A stretch of 61,816 nt of DNA from Deltaproteobacteria bacterium. Its GTDB lineage: Bacteria > Desulfobacterota > Desulfobacteria > Desulfobacterales > ETH-SRB1. Position numbers and translations under genes: made by a program. Positions 8,616 to 16,667 of the stretch are shown here, piece after piece. The first letter of the stretch is position 1; the number at the start of each line of letters is the position of its first letter. The notes under the pieces were generated by a model. That model ran no database searches. It saw only the letters and a program-made list of their open reading frames with translations, and was not told where the DNA came from. The stretch spans positions 1 to 61,816 of the forward strand of contig JAUWFS010000001.1 in assembly GCA_030606805.1 (NCBI GenBank). The letters run 5' to 3'.

Positions 8616-11600
8616 ATGCAAACAATCAAGCTGACAGAGTTTCTAAAAAAATATCAAAATGAGATAGCGGCGTCGATAATCCGCGATTATCCCCCACTGT
8701 ATCAATTTTCGGCAAGAGATAAGTATGTGTCGGATATAAAGAAGTTACAGAGAAAGCCGTATCTGGCCCAGTTTGACAGTATTAGTGCCTTGGCGGAGCT
8801 ATACTCAAATGAAAATGGTAATTCTGCTATACTTGTTGGTGAGATGGGAGTTGGTAAGACCATTATTGCTATCGGATTGATTTATGTAGCGAAATTTAAA
8901 AAAATACTGATAATGTGCCCGCCGCACCTTGTTAAAAAATGGGAACGAGAGATTAGGCTCACAATCCCGACTGGTTGTGTGGAATGCCACCATTTGAAAA
9001 AATTTACTGATGTTGATCTGACTGTACCCCTGGCAAATGATGACAAGTTCCATTTTTTTATAGTGGGTAGGGAAAGGGCCAAATTGTCGTATCAGTGGAG
9101 GCCGGCATATAACATCAAGCAATACATAGAAACAGAAAATAAAGAGAACGGCGATAGCTCTTCGAGGGTAAAGGTCAAATATATAACCTGCCCTAAATGC
9201 GGGGGTCTTGTCTTGGATGCAGAGGGTATCCCTTTGAGTCCGGATGAGATGAAAAAGAAAAAGATGATCTGTGCCAGATGTGGAGAATTTCTCTGGCAGG
9301 CAAAAGAAACCGGTCCAAGACGATTTGCCATAGCAGAATATATAAAGAGGAAATACAAAGGTTTTTTTGATTTGTTGGTTGTTGATGAATGTTTTCCAGC
9401 AGGGACGAAAGTGAAGACAATTGATGGAGAAAGGAATATAGAACAAATATTGCCAGGCCAGCATGTTTTATCTTATGGTAAGAATGGTTTTGTGTATAAA
9501 CAAGTAACTCGTGTTTTTAAAAGATTGTCGCAAGAAGATTTTACGAAAGTAGAACACGAAGAAGGAATGTTGTTTTCAACTTTAAATCACGAAATTTATA
9601 CCTCGAAAGGTAAAATTGCGGCTGGCCTTCTTAGAAAATCGGATATTATTCAAGTTTTAAGCGAGGAAGGGAGTTATGAGAAAAAGAAGAAAACTGTCGG
9701 AGGAACACAAGCGAAAGATAGGAAAAGCGCAAGAGCTAGCTCAAATCAAAAATCCGGAATTAAGATATGCCACTTCAGCGAGAATGAAGAAAAACAATCC
9801 AACAAAGAATGCGGTTGTTCGACAAAAAATATCGGGTTCTTTAAAAGGAAAGGTCTTTCCAGCCAAAAGAGGTGGCCGTGGAACTGGATTAACAGAACCG
9901 CAAAAATTATTGTCTCAATCGTTGGGTGCAGTATGGGAAACAGAGATAACAGTAAATACGCAAAACGTCCATCATCCTTATCATTATTCTATAGATATTG
10001 CAAACGTATCATTAAAAATAGCTGTAGAATGCGATGGATTTTCGCATTGCCCAATATATGCTCAGGAAAGGGACAAGAGAAAAGATTTAACGCTGCTAAG
10101 ACTCGGATGGATTGTTCTACGATTCAGCAACAAGGAAATTATGGAGAATACAGAAGATGTGGTTCGAAAAATTATAAATTGCGAGGAAAAAAGATCGTCA
10201 GAACTAAAAACGTAAATATTAGACCAATAATAGTTTATAACCTCGAAGTACAAGATACGCACAGATATTTTGCTAACAATGTTTTGGTTGCAAATTGTCA
10301 CGAATATAAAGGAAGGGGGAGCGCACAAGGCTATGCCGCAGGCATTTTGGCTTCGGCCTGCAAGAGATCCCTTGCTATGACCGGAACTTTATTCGGAGGA
10401 TATAGCTCCACCCTATTCCATTTATTATACCGTTTATCATCAACGTTCAAGAAAGATTATGAGTATTCTCAAGTATCAAAATGGATTGATCACTATGGAA
10501 TATGGGAGAGAGTAACTAAGTTTAATGATGATGCTTATGGTGATAATATCCAAAGTAGAGGTCGTAAATATAGGTATGCACCCCGCGAAAAACCAGGAAT
10601 TTCGCCAGTGATCCTGCCAAAGTATCTTTTGGATAAGACTGTTTTTGTCAGACTTAGCGATATCGCTATAGATCTTCCTTCTTTGAGTGAGGAAATTATT
10701 GATGTTCAGATGTCCGAAGAGCAGACTGAAGCATATGATGAACTGTATGGTCAATTAAGAGGGGCCTTGCTTGCAGAATTACAGCGTGGGAATAAGTCCC
10801 TTCTGGCTGTCTATCTGCAAACATTATTAACTTATCCTGATCGGTGCACGGTTGGAGAACAGGTTTATAACAAAGATGAACAATTGATAGCTACTGCGCC
10901 GGCATTAAATAGTGATGTTTTGTATCCAAAAGAGCAGGCGATTGTTGATCTAATTAAAAAAGAAAAGGCTAATGGGAGAAGGGTTCTTGTGTATTGTACG
11001 CACACGAATCGTAGAGATGTTACTGCGCGGTTGCAGGAAAAGATTCAGTCGGACGGAAATGATATAAAATCGGAGATACTAAAAGCGAGTGTACCGGCAG
11101 AAAAGAGAGAAGCATGGATTCAGGAACATGCCGAAGATCTGGATTGTCTGATTACCAACTCGGCTCTTGTGCAGACCGGGCTTGATTTGATAGAATTTCC
11201 GACTGTGGCGTACTGTCAGGCGGGGTACTCGGTCTATACTTTAAGGCAGTCGTCTCGCCGGTCTTGGAGAATCGGTCAGGATAAGCCTGTCAAGATATAC
11301 TATTTCGTTTATGCCGCAACAATGCAGGAACAGGCCTTAAAGCTGTTAGCTTTGAAGATGAAAGCGAGCCTGATTATAGAAGGGGAGTTGGGTGAGGATG
11401 GTCTTGCTACGTACAATGTTGGAGATGACAACCTGTTTTATGAACTTGCCCGGAATATTGCTAATAATGTATCGATTGATGAGAGCCTGGATGTTTTATG
11501 GGGAAATGTACAAGAAAAAGAAAAGAAAAGTGCGGCTGACGATTTGTTAATTGAATCCCTTGATGATTATGAAGACAAGCCGGATCTTAATGGTGCGTTA

Positions 11601-11771
11601 AAAAGGCCGGTAATTGAAATAAAACAAAAATACAATCCTGAAATTTGGGATAAACTGTATAATATGATGTTACAAGATAGAGGAAGAAAGCAGGACTTGA
11701 AACGGAAACGACGAGAAAAAAGAGAAAAGATATTACCCTCTGATCGTCATCAACAGATGGGGTTATTTTAG
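8616..11771 (+). CDS. SNF2/DEAD-like helicase precursor interrupted by an intein
   Basis: Walker A GEMGVGKT. The DExH box is split as LLVVDE|C...N|CHEYKG. C-terminal helicase motifs LVQTGLDL and RQSSRRSWRIGQ. Confidence 0.9.
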   Translation: MQTIKLTEFLKKYQNEIAASIIRDYPPLYQFSARDKYVSDIKKLQRKPYLAQFDSISALAELYSNENGNSAILVGEMGVGKTIIAIGLIYVAKFKKILIMCPPHLVKKWEREIRLTIPTGCVECHHLKKFTDVDLTVPLANDDKFHFFIVGRERAKLSYQWRPAYNIKQYIETENKENGDSSSRVKVKYITCPKCGGLVLDAEGIPLSPDEMKKKKMICARCGEFLWQAKETGPRRFAIAEYIKRKYKGFFDLLVVDECFPAGTKVKTIDGERNIEQILPGQHVLSYGKNGFVYKQVTRVFKRLSQEDFTKVEHEEGMLFSTLNHEIYTSKGKIAAGLLRKSDIIQVLSEEGSYEKKKKTVGGTQAKDRKSARASSNQKSGIKICHFSENEEKQSNKECGCSTKNIGFFKRKGLSSQKRWPWNWINRTAKIIVSIVGCSMGNRDNSKYAKRPSSLSLFYRYCKRIIKNSCRMRWIFALPNICSGKGQEKRFNAAKTRMDCSTIQQQGNYGEYRRCGSKNYKLRGKKIVRTKNVNIRPIIVYNLEVQDTHRYFANNVLVANCHEYKGRGSAQGYAAGILASACKRSLAMTGTLFGGYSSTLFHLLYRLSSTFKKDYEYSQVSKWIDHYGIWERVTKFNDDAYGDNIQSRGRKYRYAPREKPGISPVILPKYLLDKTVFVRLSDIAIDLPSLSEEIIDVQMSEEQTEAYDELYGQLRGALLAELQRGNKSLLAVYLQTLLTYPDRCTVGEQVYNKDEQLIATAPALNSDVLYPKEQAIVDLIKKEKANGRRVLVYCTHTNRRDVTARLQEKIQSDGNDIKSEILKASVPAEKREAWIQEHAEDLDCLITNSALVQTGLDLIEFPTVAYCQAGYSVYTLRQSSRRSWRIGQDKPVKIYYFVYAATMQEQALKLLALKMKASLIIEGELGEDGLATYNVGDDNLFYELARNIANNVSIDESLDVLWGNVQEKEKKSAADDLLIESLDDYEDKPDLNGALKRPVIEIKQKYNPEIWDKLYNMMLQDRGRKQDLKRKRREKREKILPSDRHQQMGLF
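9390..10295 (+). mobile_element. intein (Hint domain) inserted in helicase motif II
   Basis: Cys1 at 9390 (CFPAGTKVKTIDG) and block B TLNHEIYT. The C-terminal VYNLEVQDTHRYFANNVLVAN is followed by a +1 Cys at 10296. Confidence 0.85.
9676..10215 (+). CDS. nested homing endonuclease (NUMOD3 motifs + Vsr/DUF559-like PD-(D/E)xK), +1 frame inside the intein
   Basis: SD-like GAGGAAGGGAG sits just upstream of ATG 9676. Motifs LSEEHKRKIGKA and VRQKISGSLKG, plus core YSIDIA..KIAVECDG..RD..KD..LGWIVLRF. Confidence 0.8.
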   Translation: MRKRRKLSEEHKRKIGKAQELAQIKNPELRYATSARMKKNNPTKNAVVRQKISGSLKGKVFPAKRGGRGTGLTEPQKLLSQSLGAVWETEITVNTQNVHHPYHYSIDIANVSLKIAVECDGFSHCPIYAQERDKRKDLTLLRLGWIVLRFSNKEIMENTEDVVRKIINCEEKRSSELKT

Positions 11772-11780
11772 GATATCGGA

Positions 11781-12122
11781 ATGGATATTGGTAAAACTAT
11801 AAAATATTTACGCAAACAGATTCCGTTGTTTAAGTGTAAAAAAGGATGTACTGATTGTTGTGGACCAGTGCCGTTTTCGCAGTGGGAGTGGGATCAGGTT
11901 GCAAATCAAAAAGCTGCTGTGGATCTCACATGTCCTTATGCTACTAAAGATGGATGCGAAATTTATGAGCAAAGGCCAATTTTGTGCAGGCTGTTCGGGA
12001 CAGTATCTAAGATGAAATGTCCGTATGGATGTGGCCCTAATAAGATGTTGTCTCGGAAAAAAGAAAAGGAAATTATGAGCAAATATATGCAAATTATTGA
12101 TGTAACTGAAGAAATCTTATAA
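11781..12122 (+). CDS. YkgJ-family cysteine-cluster (CxxCxxCC) protein
   Basis: KCKKGCTDCCGP ... CPY..DGCEIYEQRPILCRLFG. Confidence 0.75.
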   Translation: MDIGKTIKYLRKQIPLFKCKKGCTDCCGPVPFSQWEWDQVANQKAAVDLTCPYATKDGCEIYEQRPILCRLFGTVSKMKCPYGCGPNKMLSRKKEKEIMSKYMQIIDVTEEIL

Positions 12123-12128
12123 ATGAAC

Positions 12129-12156
12129 TTGACATTTATTGATTATGTGTTATGTT
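12129..12156 (+). promoter_or_regulatory. sigma70-like promoter
   Basis: TTGACA at 12129..12134, N16, then TGtTATGTT ending at 12156. Intergenic, upstream of 12188. Confidence 0.5.
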
Positions 12157-12187
12157 AAATAGAAAGTGTATAAAGGAGACCATATAA

Positions 12188-12640
12188 ATGAAATCATATT
12201 ATCATTCGTGGGTACTGTCTGAAAGGTTGGCAGCTTTTTATGATAGCAAGGAAGATACGAAATATTTAGATGTTGAGGTAAAGGGATTCAAGCAGAAGTT
12301 AGTTTTAACAGCCAGGCCCAACTCACAATTTATGCCTGCTGCCAGTGGAAGTACATTTCTTCGTTGGGAACAGTCGTCCTATTGGAAATACGATCCCAAG
12401 CGCGTACTTGACCAGCTTAAGACTAAGATAAAGACAATTACGTTTCTTGGAGAAAAGTACCAGTCCTGGAAAAGTTTTATGGATTTTATTTGTAATGCTG
12501 ACATGGATAAAGATGAGGATAAATATCGTTCAACAGTGGATTTTCCGAAGTCGGTGGCAGTAGCCGTGCATCTGAAGGCTGAGGCTGATGGGAAGAAAAT
12601 GAGGGAGGTGCTAATAGATGCGCTGAGAGCGTATTTATAG
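12188..12640 (+). CDS. hypothetical protein with C-terminal RHH-like tail
   Basis: 150 aa with an AAGGAGAC SD. C-terminus is KKMREVLIDALRAYL. Confidence 0.7.
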   Translation: MKSYYHSWVLSERLAAFYDSKEDTKYLDVEVKGFKQKLVLTARPNSQFMPAASGSTFLRWEQSSYWKYDPKRVLDQLKTKIKTITFLGEKYQSWKSFMDFICNADMDKDEDKYRSTVDFPKSVAVAVHLKAEADGKKMREVLIDALRAYL

Positions 12641-12650
12641 AAAAAGTATT

Positions 12651-12935
12651 ATGAAAAGAAAGATAGTTTTAGCTAAATTAGAAATTGCACATGCTCAGAT
12701 CAACATCAGTAAATCTTCTCAAGTGAAAACTCGACAAAGCCTAAAAAGCCTTGGTGAAGCGATATCTCTGTTGCAAAAACCATTCTGTGAATTTAAAGCT
12801 GCAACGGAGAAAGTACGTTTATCAATGATAGAATTGAAATTAAAAAGAATTGCTCAAGCAGGTCAAAGAGGAAAGCTTGCTGGGAGAAATCTAAGGACCA
12901 GGATTAATGCTAAGGGAGGTGAATTAGGTGCGTAG
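12651..12935 (+). CDS. hypothetical coiled-coil protein
   Basis: 94 aa ORF. Confidence 0.6.
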   Translation: MKRKIVLAKLEIAHAQINISKSSQVKTRQSLKSLGEAISLLQKPFCEFKAATEKVRLSMIELKLKRIAQAGQRGKLAGRNLRTRINAKGGELGA

Positions 12936-13107
12936 AAAAAGCAAAATAGTACAGACCTGTTGTGGTGGGATACCTCTTAGAAATGGACGGTGCAGTGTGT
13001 GCGGGGATGTTTTTCCTGAAGATGAAGACTTAAAAGTTCTGTGTTTACCCAGAACGAGAAAAAGGGCTAAGTCTTTTAATGAACCGTTTACCTCCGCAAG
13101 GGTCTGA
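12928..13107 (+). CDS. small Cys-rich protein (59 aa, below track cutoff)
   Basis: GTG 12928 follows a GGGAGGTGA SD. Contains TCCGG...CSVCG. Confidence 0.4.
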   Translation: MRRKSKIVQTCCGGIPLRNGRCSVCGDVFPEDEDLKVLCLPRTRKRAKSFNEPFTSARV

Positions 13108-13146
13108 TAGTACATGATAATATTTACAAATGTCGTTATTTTCTTA

Positions 13147-13175
13147 TTGACAATACTATTTTTTTGATTTATGAT
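13147..13175 (+). promoter_or_regulatory. sigma70-like promoter
   Basis: TTGACA-N17-TATGAT, followed by two AAAACATAA copies. Confidence 0.55.
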
Positions 13176-13217
13176 AAAACATAAAATATAAAACATATAA
13201 AACAAAGGAGATAAATT

Positions 13218-13481
13218 ATGAAACAGGAATTAGTATGTTCCTCATGTCCCAGATGTAAATCCAACAGAACATCTTTGATTCGCGGGAAAGATTATATGAT
13301 TATGGGATGGATTGTAATCGTTGTTGGTTTTTTACTTGCTCTCGTTCCCCCGCTTTGTCTTATCTGTATTCTTGCGGGTATTGGTCTTTTAGTGATATCC
13401 CCATTTATAAAGGATTCATATTTTTGCCAAGATTGCAAGCTCTCTTGGAAGCTAAACGAAGTGCCCTTTTTAAATCGATAA
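13218..13481 (+). CDS. LITAF-like membrane zinc-ribbon protein
   Basis: CSSCPRC, then a ~35-aa hydrophobic hairpin, then CQDC. Confidence 0.6.
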   Translation: MKQELVCSSCPRCKSNRTSLIRGKDYMIMGWIVIVVGFLLALVPPLCLICILAGIGLLVISPFIKDSYFCQDCKLSWKLNEVPFLNR

Positions 13482-13536
13482 TCAAAACAGGAGAAAAAAA
13501 GATGTTTAAAGATATTACTAAAAGGAGGTAAAGAAG

Positions 13537-13950
13537 ATGATTGAAAAAATGTTTGGAAATAGAACAGCGCTTGAACCTGAGTACAAAGATGTAATGGCGG
13601 CCATAGACCTTGGGACCGAACATGTTGCTGAGGATTGGCCCTGGGGTAGAAGGCAACGATGCACGATGAGATTTTTTGTGGAGAAGAAATATCCAAACTC
13701 GAACAAGTTTTTTCAGGGTGAACGGTTTGTAAAACAGTCCACGATGAACGGGCGTACGTACAAGCCCAAGAAGGCGACATATGCCACCAGGGTCAAGATT
13801 ATTGAGCTTAATGGCAAAATTGGGCACGTGGAGTGGCATGCTGGCTCCGGTTCATTCGGTATCAGGCTTGAGGATGGTAACTACCTCAGCAAGACGTTTT
13901 TTGGTTCAGAGGCCAGACATCTTGCCGACATATTTTTTGATGCAATTTGA
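13537..13950 (+). CDS. hypothetical protein
   Basis: 137 aa with an AAAGGAGGTAAAG SD. Confidence 0.7.
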   Translation: MIEKMFGNRTALEPEYKDVMAAIDLGTEHVAEDWPWGRRQRCTMRFFVEKKYPNSNKFFQGERFVKQSTMNGRTYKPKKATYATRVKIIELNGKIGHVEWHAGSGSFGIRLEDGNYLSKTFFGSEARHLADIFFDAI

Positions 13951-14002
13951 TTGCAGATAAGTATGTCAAAACAATATATATTTCTTTTTTGATATTTTTT
14001 CC

Positions 14003-14031
14003 TTGACACAATCATTTATTTAGTTTATGCT
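14003..14031 (+). promoter_or_regulatory. sigma70-like promoter
   Basis: TTTTTTCC-TTGACA-N17-TATGCT with AAAGCATAA downstream. Confidence 0.55.
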
Positions 14032-14075
14032 AATTTTAAAGCATAATATAAATAATTTACCAAGAGAGATATTAA

Positions 14076-14294
14076 ATGTTTCATAATGCACAGATAAAAA
14101 TATTAAGAGATAGCAGAGAGTGGTCACTTGCTGATGTTGTATTTGAATTGGCTAAGCTATCTCATCGTTATACCAGGCAAACGATTTCCAACTGGGAGCT
14201 AGGCGTAACAGAGCCAAAAGCTTCTGATATCGGTTGTTTGGCCGAAGTCTTTGGAGTATCTGTGCAGTCTTTTTTTAAACCAGAAATTGAGTAA
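14076..14294 (+). CDS. XRE-family HTH transcriptional regulator
   Basis: RQTISNWELGVTEPKASDIGCLAEVFGVSVQSFF. Confidence 0.85.
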   Translation: MFHNAQIKILRDSREWSLADVVFELAKLSHRYTRQTISNWELGVTEPKASDIGCLAEVFGVSVQSFFKPEIE

Positions 14295-14488
14295 TGGGAT
14301 TGAGTATGCTGCTAAAAGTTATTGAAGACGGGATAGAAACATCATTCGAAATCGATACGGCCAGAGAGGCCGATGGAAAGCGTTGGGTGCAGATATGGCG
14401 GGCAAGTAAAAGTCTTTTTTCTGCTAAGTCTGTTGATGAGGCCGTAGATGAGATTGAGAAGATGCTGGCGTTAGAAGAACAGGAATAA
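14294..14488 (+). CDS. hypothetical protein
   Basis: 64 aa, coupled to its neighbours by ATG/stop overlaps. Confidence 0.6.
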   Translation: MGLSMLLKVIEDGIETSFEIDTAREADGKRWVQIWRASKSLFSAKSVDEAVDEIEKMLALEEQE

Positions 14489-15618
14489 TGTACAAAAAAA
14501 AACATACGAAGGGAGGTATGATGGAAGCAAAAAGAAAACAAGAAGAAAAGACCCAAGAAACACCAGGCAATGAGAAAAACAGTTTGGTACTCCTTGAAAT
14601 CGAAAAAGCCAAGAAAGCCGGCATGAATATGTTGTTGCCCAGTTCGGTGATTGAAGGTTTGGCCGAGTTCCATAGTCCTGTGATTGATTATGAGCAACTT
14701 TCACCCGAACCGACGGATGGTGATGTATATTTCCATACAGAAAGTGGGAAGTTTGCCCCTACAAAGCAGGGGCTTATGAAACTGGCTTTGTGTGCGGGTA
14801 TCATATGGGACCCGGTACGGCATAGGCGAACTGACAACAGAGGAGACAGGAATTACGTTTCCTTCCAGGCGGTTGCAGGTGTTAGAAAGGCTGATGGGAG
14901 TCTTGTCTGGCTGCCGGCAGAGTATGACATGGATTTTGAGGTAATTGAAGATAAACTCCAAAAACAATACAGGAAGAAGGCGAATGAACAAAAAAGCAAA
15001 ACCGAAGAGCAACGACAAGAATACGTTGATTACTGTGTAAGACGTGATCTTTTGTATAAACGGGAGCATAAGGTTAAGCTGTGCGAAACTGGGGCAATGA
15101 ATCGGGTTATAAGAATGCTTCTTGTTGGGTTAAAGGCAGGATATTCGAAGGCGGAGTTGAAGAAACCTTTTGTGGTGGCAAGAATAGTTTTTAAACCTGA
15201 CTATTCAGATCCGCAAATTCGTGACTTGATGATTCGGAGAGGCATTGACTCAATGACGTCTATCTATGGTGGAGAGAGCGCCGGAGAGATACATGGGGAA
15301 CCCCTCGCTTCTGATTTTTCTGATATTACACCCCTCGCTTCTGATGTTTCCAAGATGAGGCAAGAAAAACCAAAGAGCCCTCCCCAAGAAAATGATGAGC
15401 CGGAAGATAAAACGGGAGATGGTAACATAACAAATGCCGAAGCTGACTTTATGGCTTCTGATGACTCGTCTCAAATTAGCACGCTTAAAGCCCTGGCAAA
15501 AAGAAAAGATTATGACCTGAAACAATTAAAAAGGCCCCTTGATAAATTCACGGAAGCTGAGCGTAAAGGCTTTTTTGATAAGTTGATGGGAATGCCTGAT
15601 AGTGATATACCATTTTAA
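14488..15618 (+). CDS. recombination/replication-associated protein (possible annealing protein) with SSB-like C-terminal tip
   Basis: 376 aa, upstream of the SbcCD-like genes, ending ...MPDSDIPF. Alternative start at 14518/14521 behind GGGAGG. Function is uncertain. Confidence 0.75.
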   Translation: MYKKKHTKGGMMEAKRKQEEKTQETPGNEKNSLVLLEIEKAKKAGMNMLLPSSVIEGLAEFHSPVIDYEQLSPEPTDGDVYFHTESGKFAPTKQGLMKLALCAGIIWDPVRHRRTDNRGDRNYVSFQAVAGVRKADGSLVWLPAEYDMDFEVIEDKLQKQYRKKANEQKSKTEEQRQEYVDYCVRRDLLYKREHKVKLCETGAMNRVIRMLLVGLKAGYSKAELKKPFVVARIVFKPDYSDPQIRDLMIRRGIDSMTSIYGGESAGEIHGEPLASDFSDITPLASDVSKMRQEKPKSPPQENDEPEDKTGDGNITNAEADFMASDDSSQISTLKALAKRKDYDLKQLKRPLDKFTEAERKGFFDKLMGMPDSDIPF

Positions 15619-15772
15619 TAATATTTTCGCCAGCCCGAGGCGGAATAGCCTGGTAGTTTGGCCGCTATCAGGCGAGGGAATATCGGGCTACTCCTGACCC
15701 TGTACTTGGGCAGAGGGGGATAATACTCTGCCCACCCCCCCCTCCACACAACAGTAAAGAAAGGATGGACTG
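15619..15772 (+). other. GC-rich non-coding island with hairpins and a poly-C tract
   Basis: No ORF, and composition visibly differs from the flanks. Contains hairpin GGGCAGAG-N10-CTCTGCCC followed by ACCCCCCCCTCC. Confidence 0.4.
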
Positions 15773-15883
15773 ATGGGAATAAAGAAGATGGGCCTTTTGG
15801 GGTTACTTGGATTGTCGGTAATTTTGGTTGTTTTTACGATCTATGGCGTAATTCGATTTATAGAAAGGATGGGATGGTTATGA
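15773..15883 (+). CDS. small membrane peptide (36 aa)
   Basis: MGIKKMGLLGLLGLSVILVVFTIYGVIRF..., preceded by AAAGGATGG. Below the track cutoff. Confidence 0.4.
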   Translation: MGIKKMGLLGLLGLSVILVVFTIYGVIRFIERMGWL

Positions 15884-16029
15884 GTCTAAATAATATAACT
15901 ATAGGTACTGATGTAAGACGTTGCCCATATTGCGGGGAAGTGCTTTCTTTCAGAGATAGTAAAAGTTTTTGCAGGAAGTGTGAAAGAGAAATGCATAAAG
16001 TTGCTGTGGATTACGGGAAAAAATTATGA
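15880..16029 (+). CDS. small zinc-ribbon protein (49 aa)
   Basis: ATGA overlaps at both ends. Contains CPYCG...CRKC. Confidence 0.45.
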   Translation: MSLNNITIGTDVRRCPYCGEVLSFRDSKSFCRKCEREMHKVAVDYGKKL

Positions 16030-16667
16030 TTGCCGTTGGATATCCAGAAAAGGTGGAAAATCTGTTTTGGGCTAAAGTAGATAAATGCGGAGAGGACGAA
16101 TGTTGGGAGTGGCAAAAAGCTCGACATCCAAAGGGCTATGGACAGTTTAGCTTTAACGGAACGACTAATAGAGCGCATCGTGTTGCCTGGATATTAGTTT
16201 ATGGCCCAATTCCAAAGGGACTTTATGTTTGCCACCGGTGCGATAATCCACCATGTTGTAATCCAAAGCATTTGTTTTTGGGAACTCAGAAAGACAATAT
16301 GGAGGATTGTGCCAGAAAGGAAAGAAAAAAGCAGAAACTTTCTCAGAAAGATATTGTAGAGATAAGACGAAAATATACTGTAGATAAAATATTACAGGTT
16401 CAATTGGCTAAACAGTTTGGCATTAGCAACAGGACGATATCGCAAATAGTTGCTGGTGATAGATGGGCTTGGGTTGAATATCTTCCAAGTGGTGGTAAAT
16501 ATAAACCTCGTACAAAATTGTCTGATAAAGATGTTTTGGCGATTAGAAGGCGATATTCAAAAGGTAATATAACGAGCAAAAAACTGAGTGACATCTATCA
16601 TGTAAATCAAAGTACTATTTCGAGAATAACATCAATGCAAAGGAGAAAAGGGGTACGATGTGATTAA
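16026..16667 (+). CDS. HNH homing endonuclease with two HTH repeats
   Basis: CHRCDNPPCCNPKHLFLGTQKDNMED. Confidence 0.9.
   Translation: MIAVGYPEKVENLFWAKVDKCGEDECWEWQKARHPKGYGQFSFNGTTNRAHRVAWILVYGPIPKGLYVCHRCDNPPCCNPKHLFLGTQKDNMEDCARKERKKQKLSQKDIVEIRRKYTVDKILQVQLAKQFGISNRTISQIVAGDRWAWVEYLPSGGKYKPRTKLSDKDVLAIRRRYSKGNITSKKLSDIYHVNQSTISRITSMQRRKGVRCD

Noticed and set aside
8805-9464. 219-aa minus-strand ORF, plus other minus ORFs at 8882, 9092, 9193, 10062 and 10476, inside the helicase gene
   Set aside because: They are antisense to a motif-rich helicase/intein ORF. Their composition is low-complexity and hydrophobic, they have no SD, and every supported gene in the window is on the + strand.
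13292-13839. Minus-strand ORFs of 162 and 144 aa
   Set aside because: They are antisense to 13218..13481 and 13537..13950, both of which have SD sequences. No independent support.
14076-14294. Lysogeny module (CI/Cro switch, integrase)
   Set aside because: Only a single small XRE-type HTH gene is present. There is no divergent repressor, integrase, excisionase or att-like repeat in the window, so temperate status cannot be claimed.
15619-15772. tRNA gene in the GC-rich island
   Set aside because: I could not build an acceptor/D/anticodon/T cloverleaf, and there is no GTTCRANNC T-loop motif. I kept it only as an unclassified structured element.
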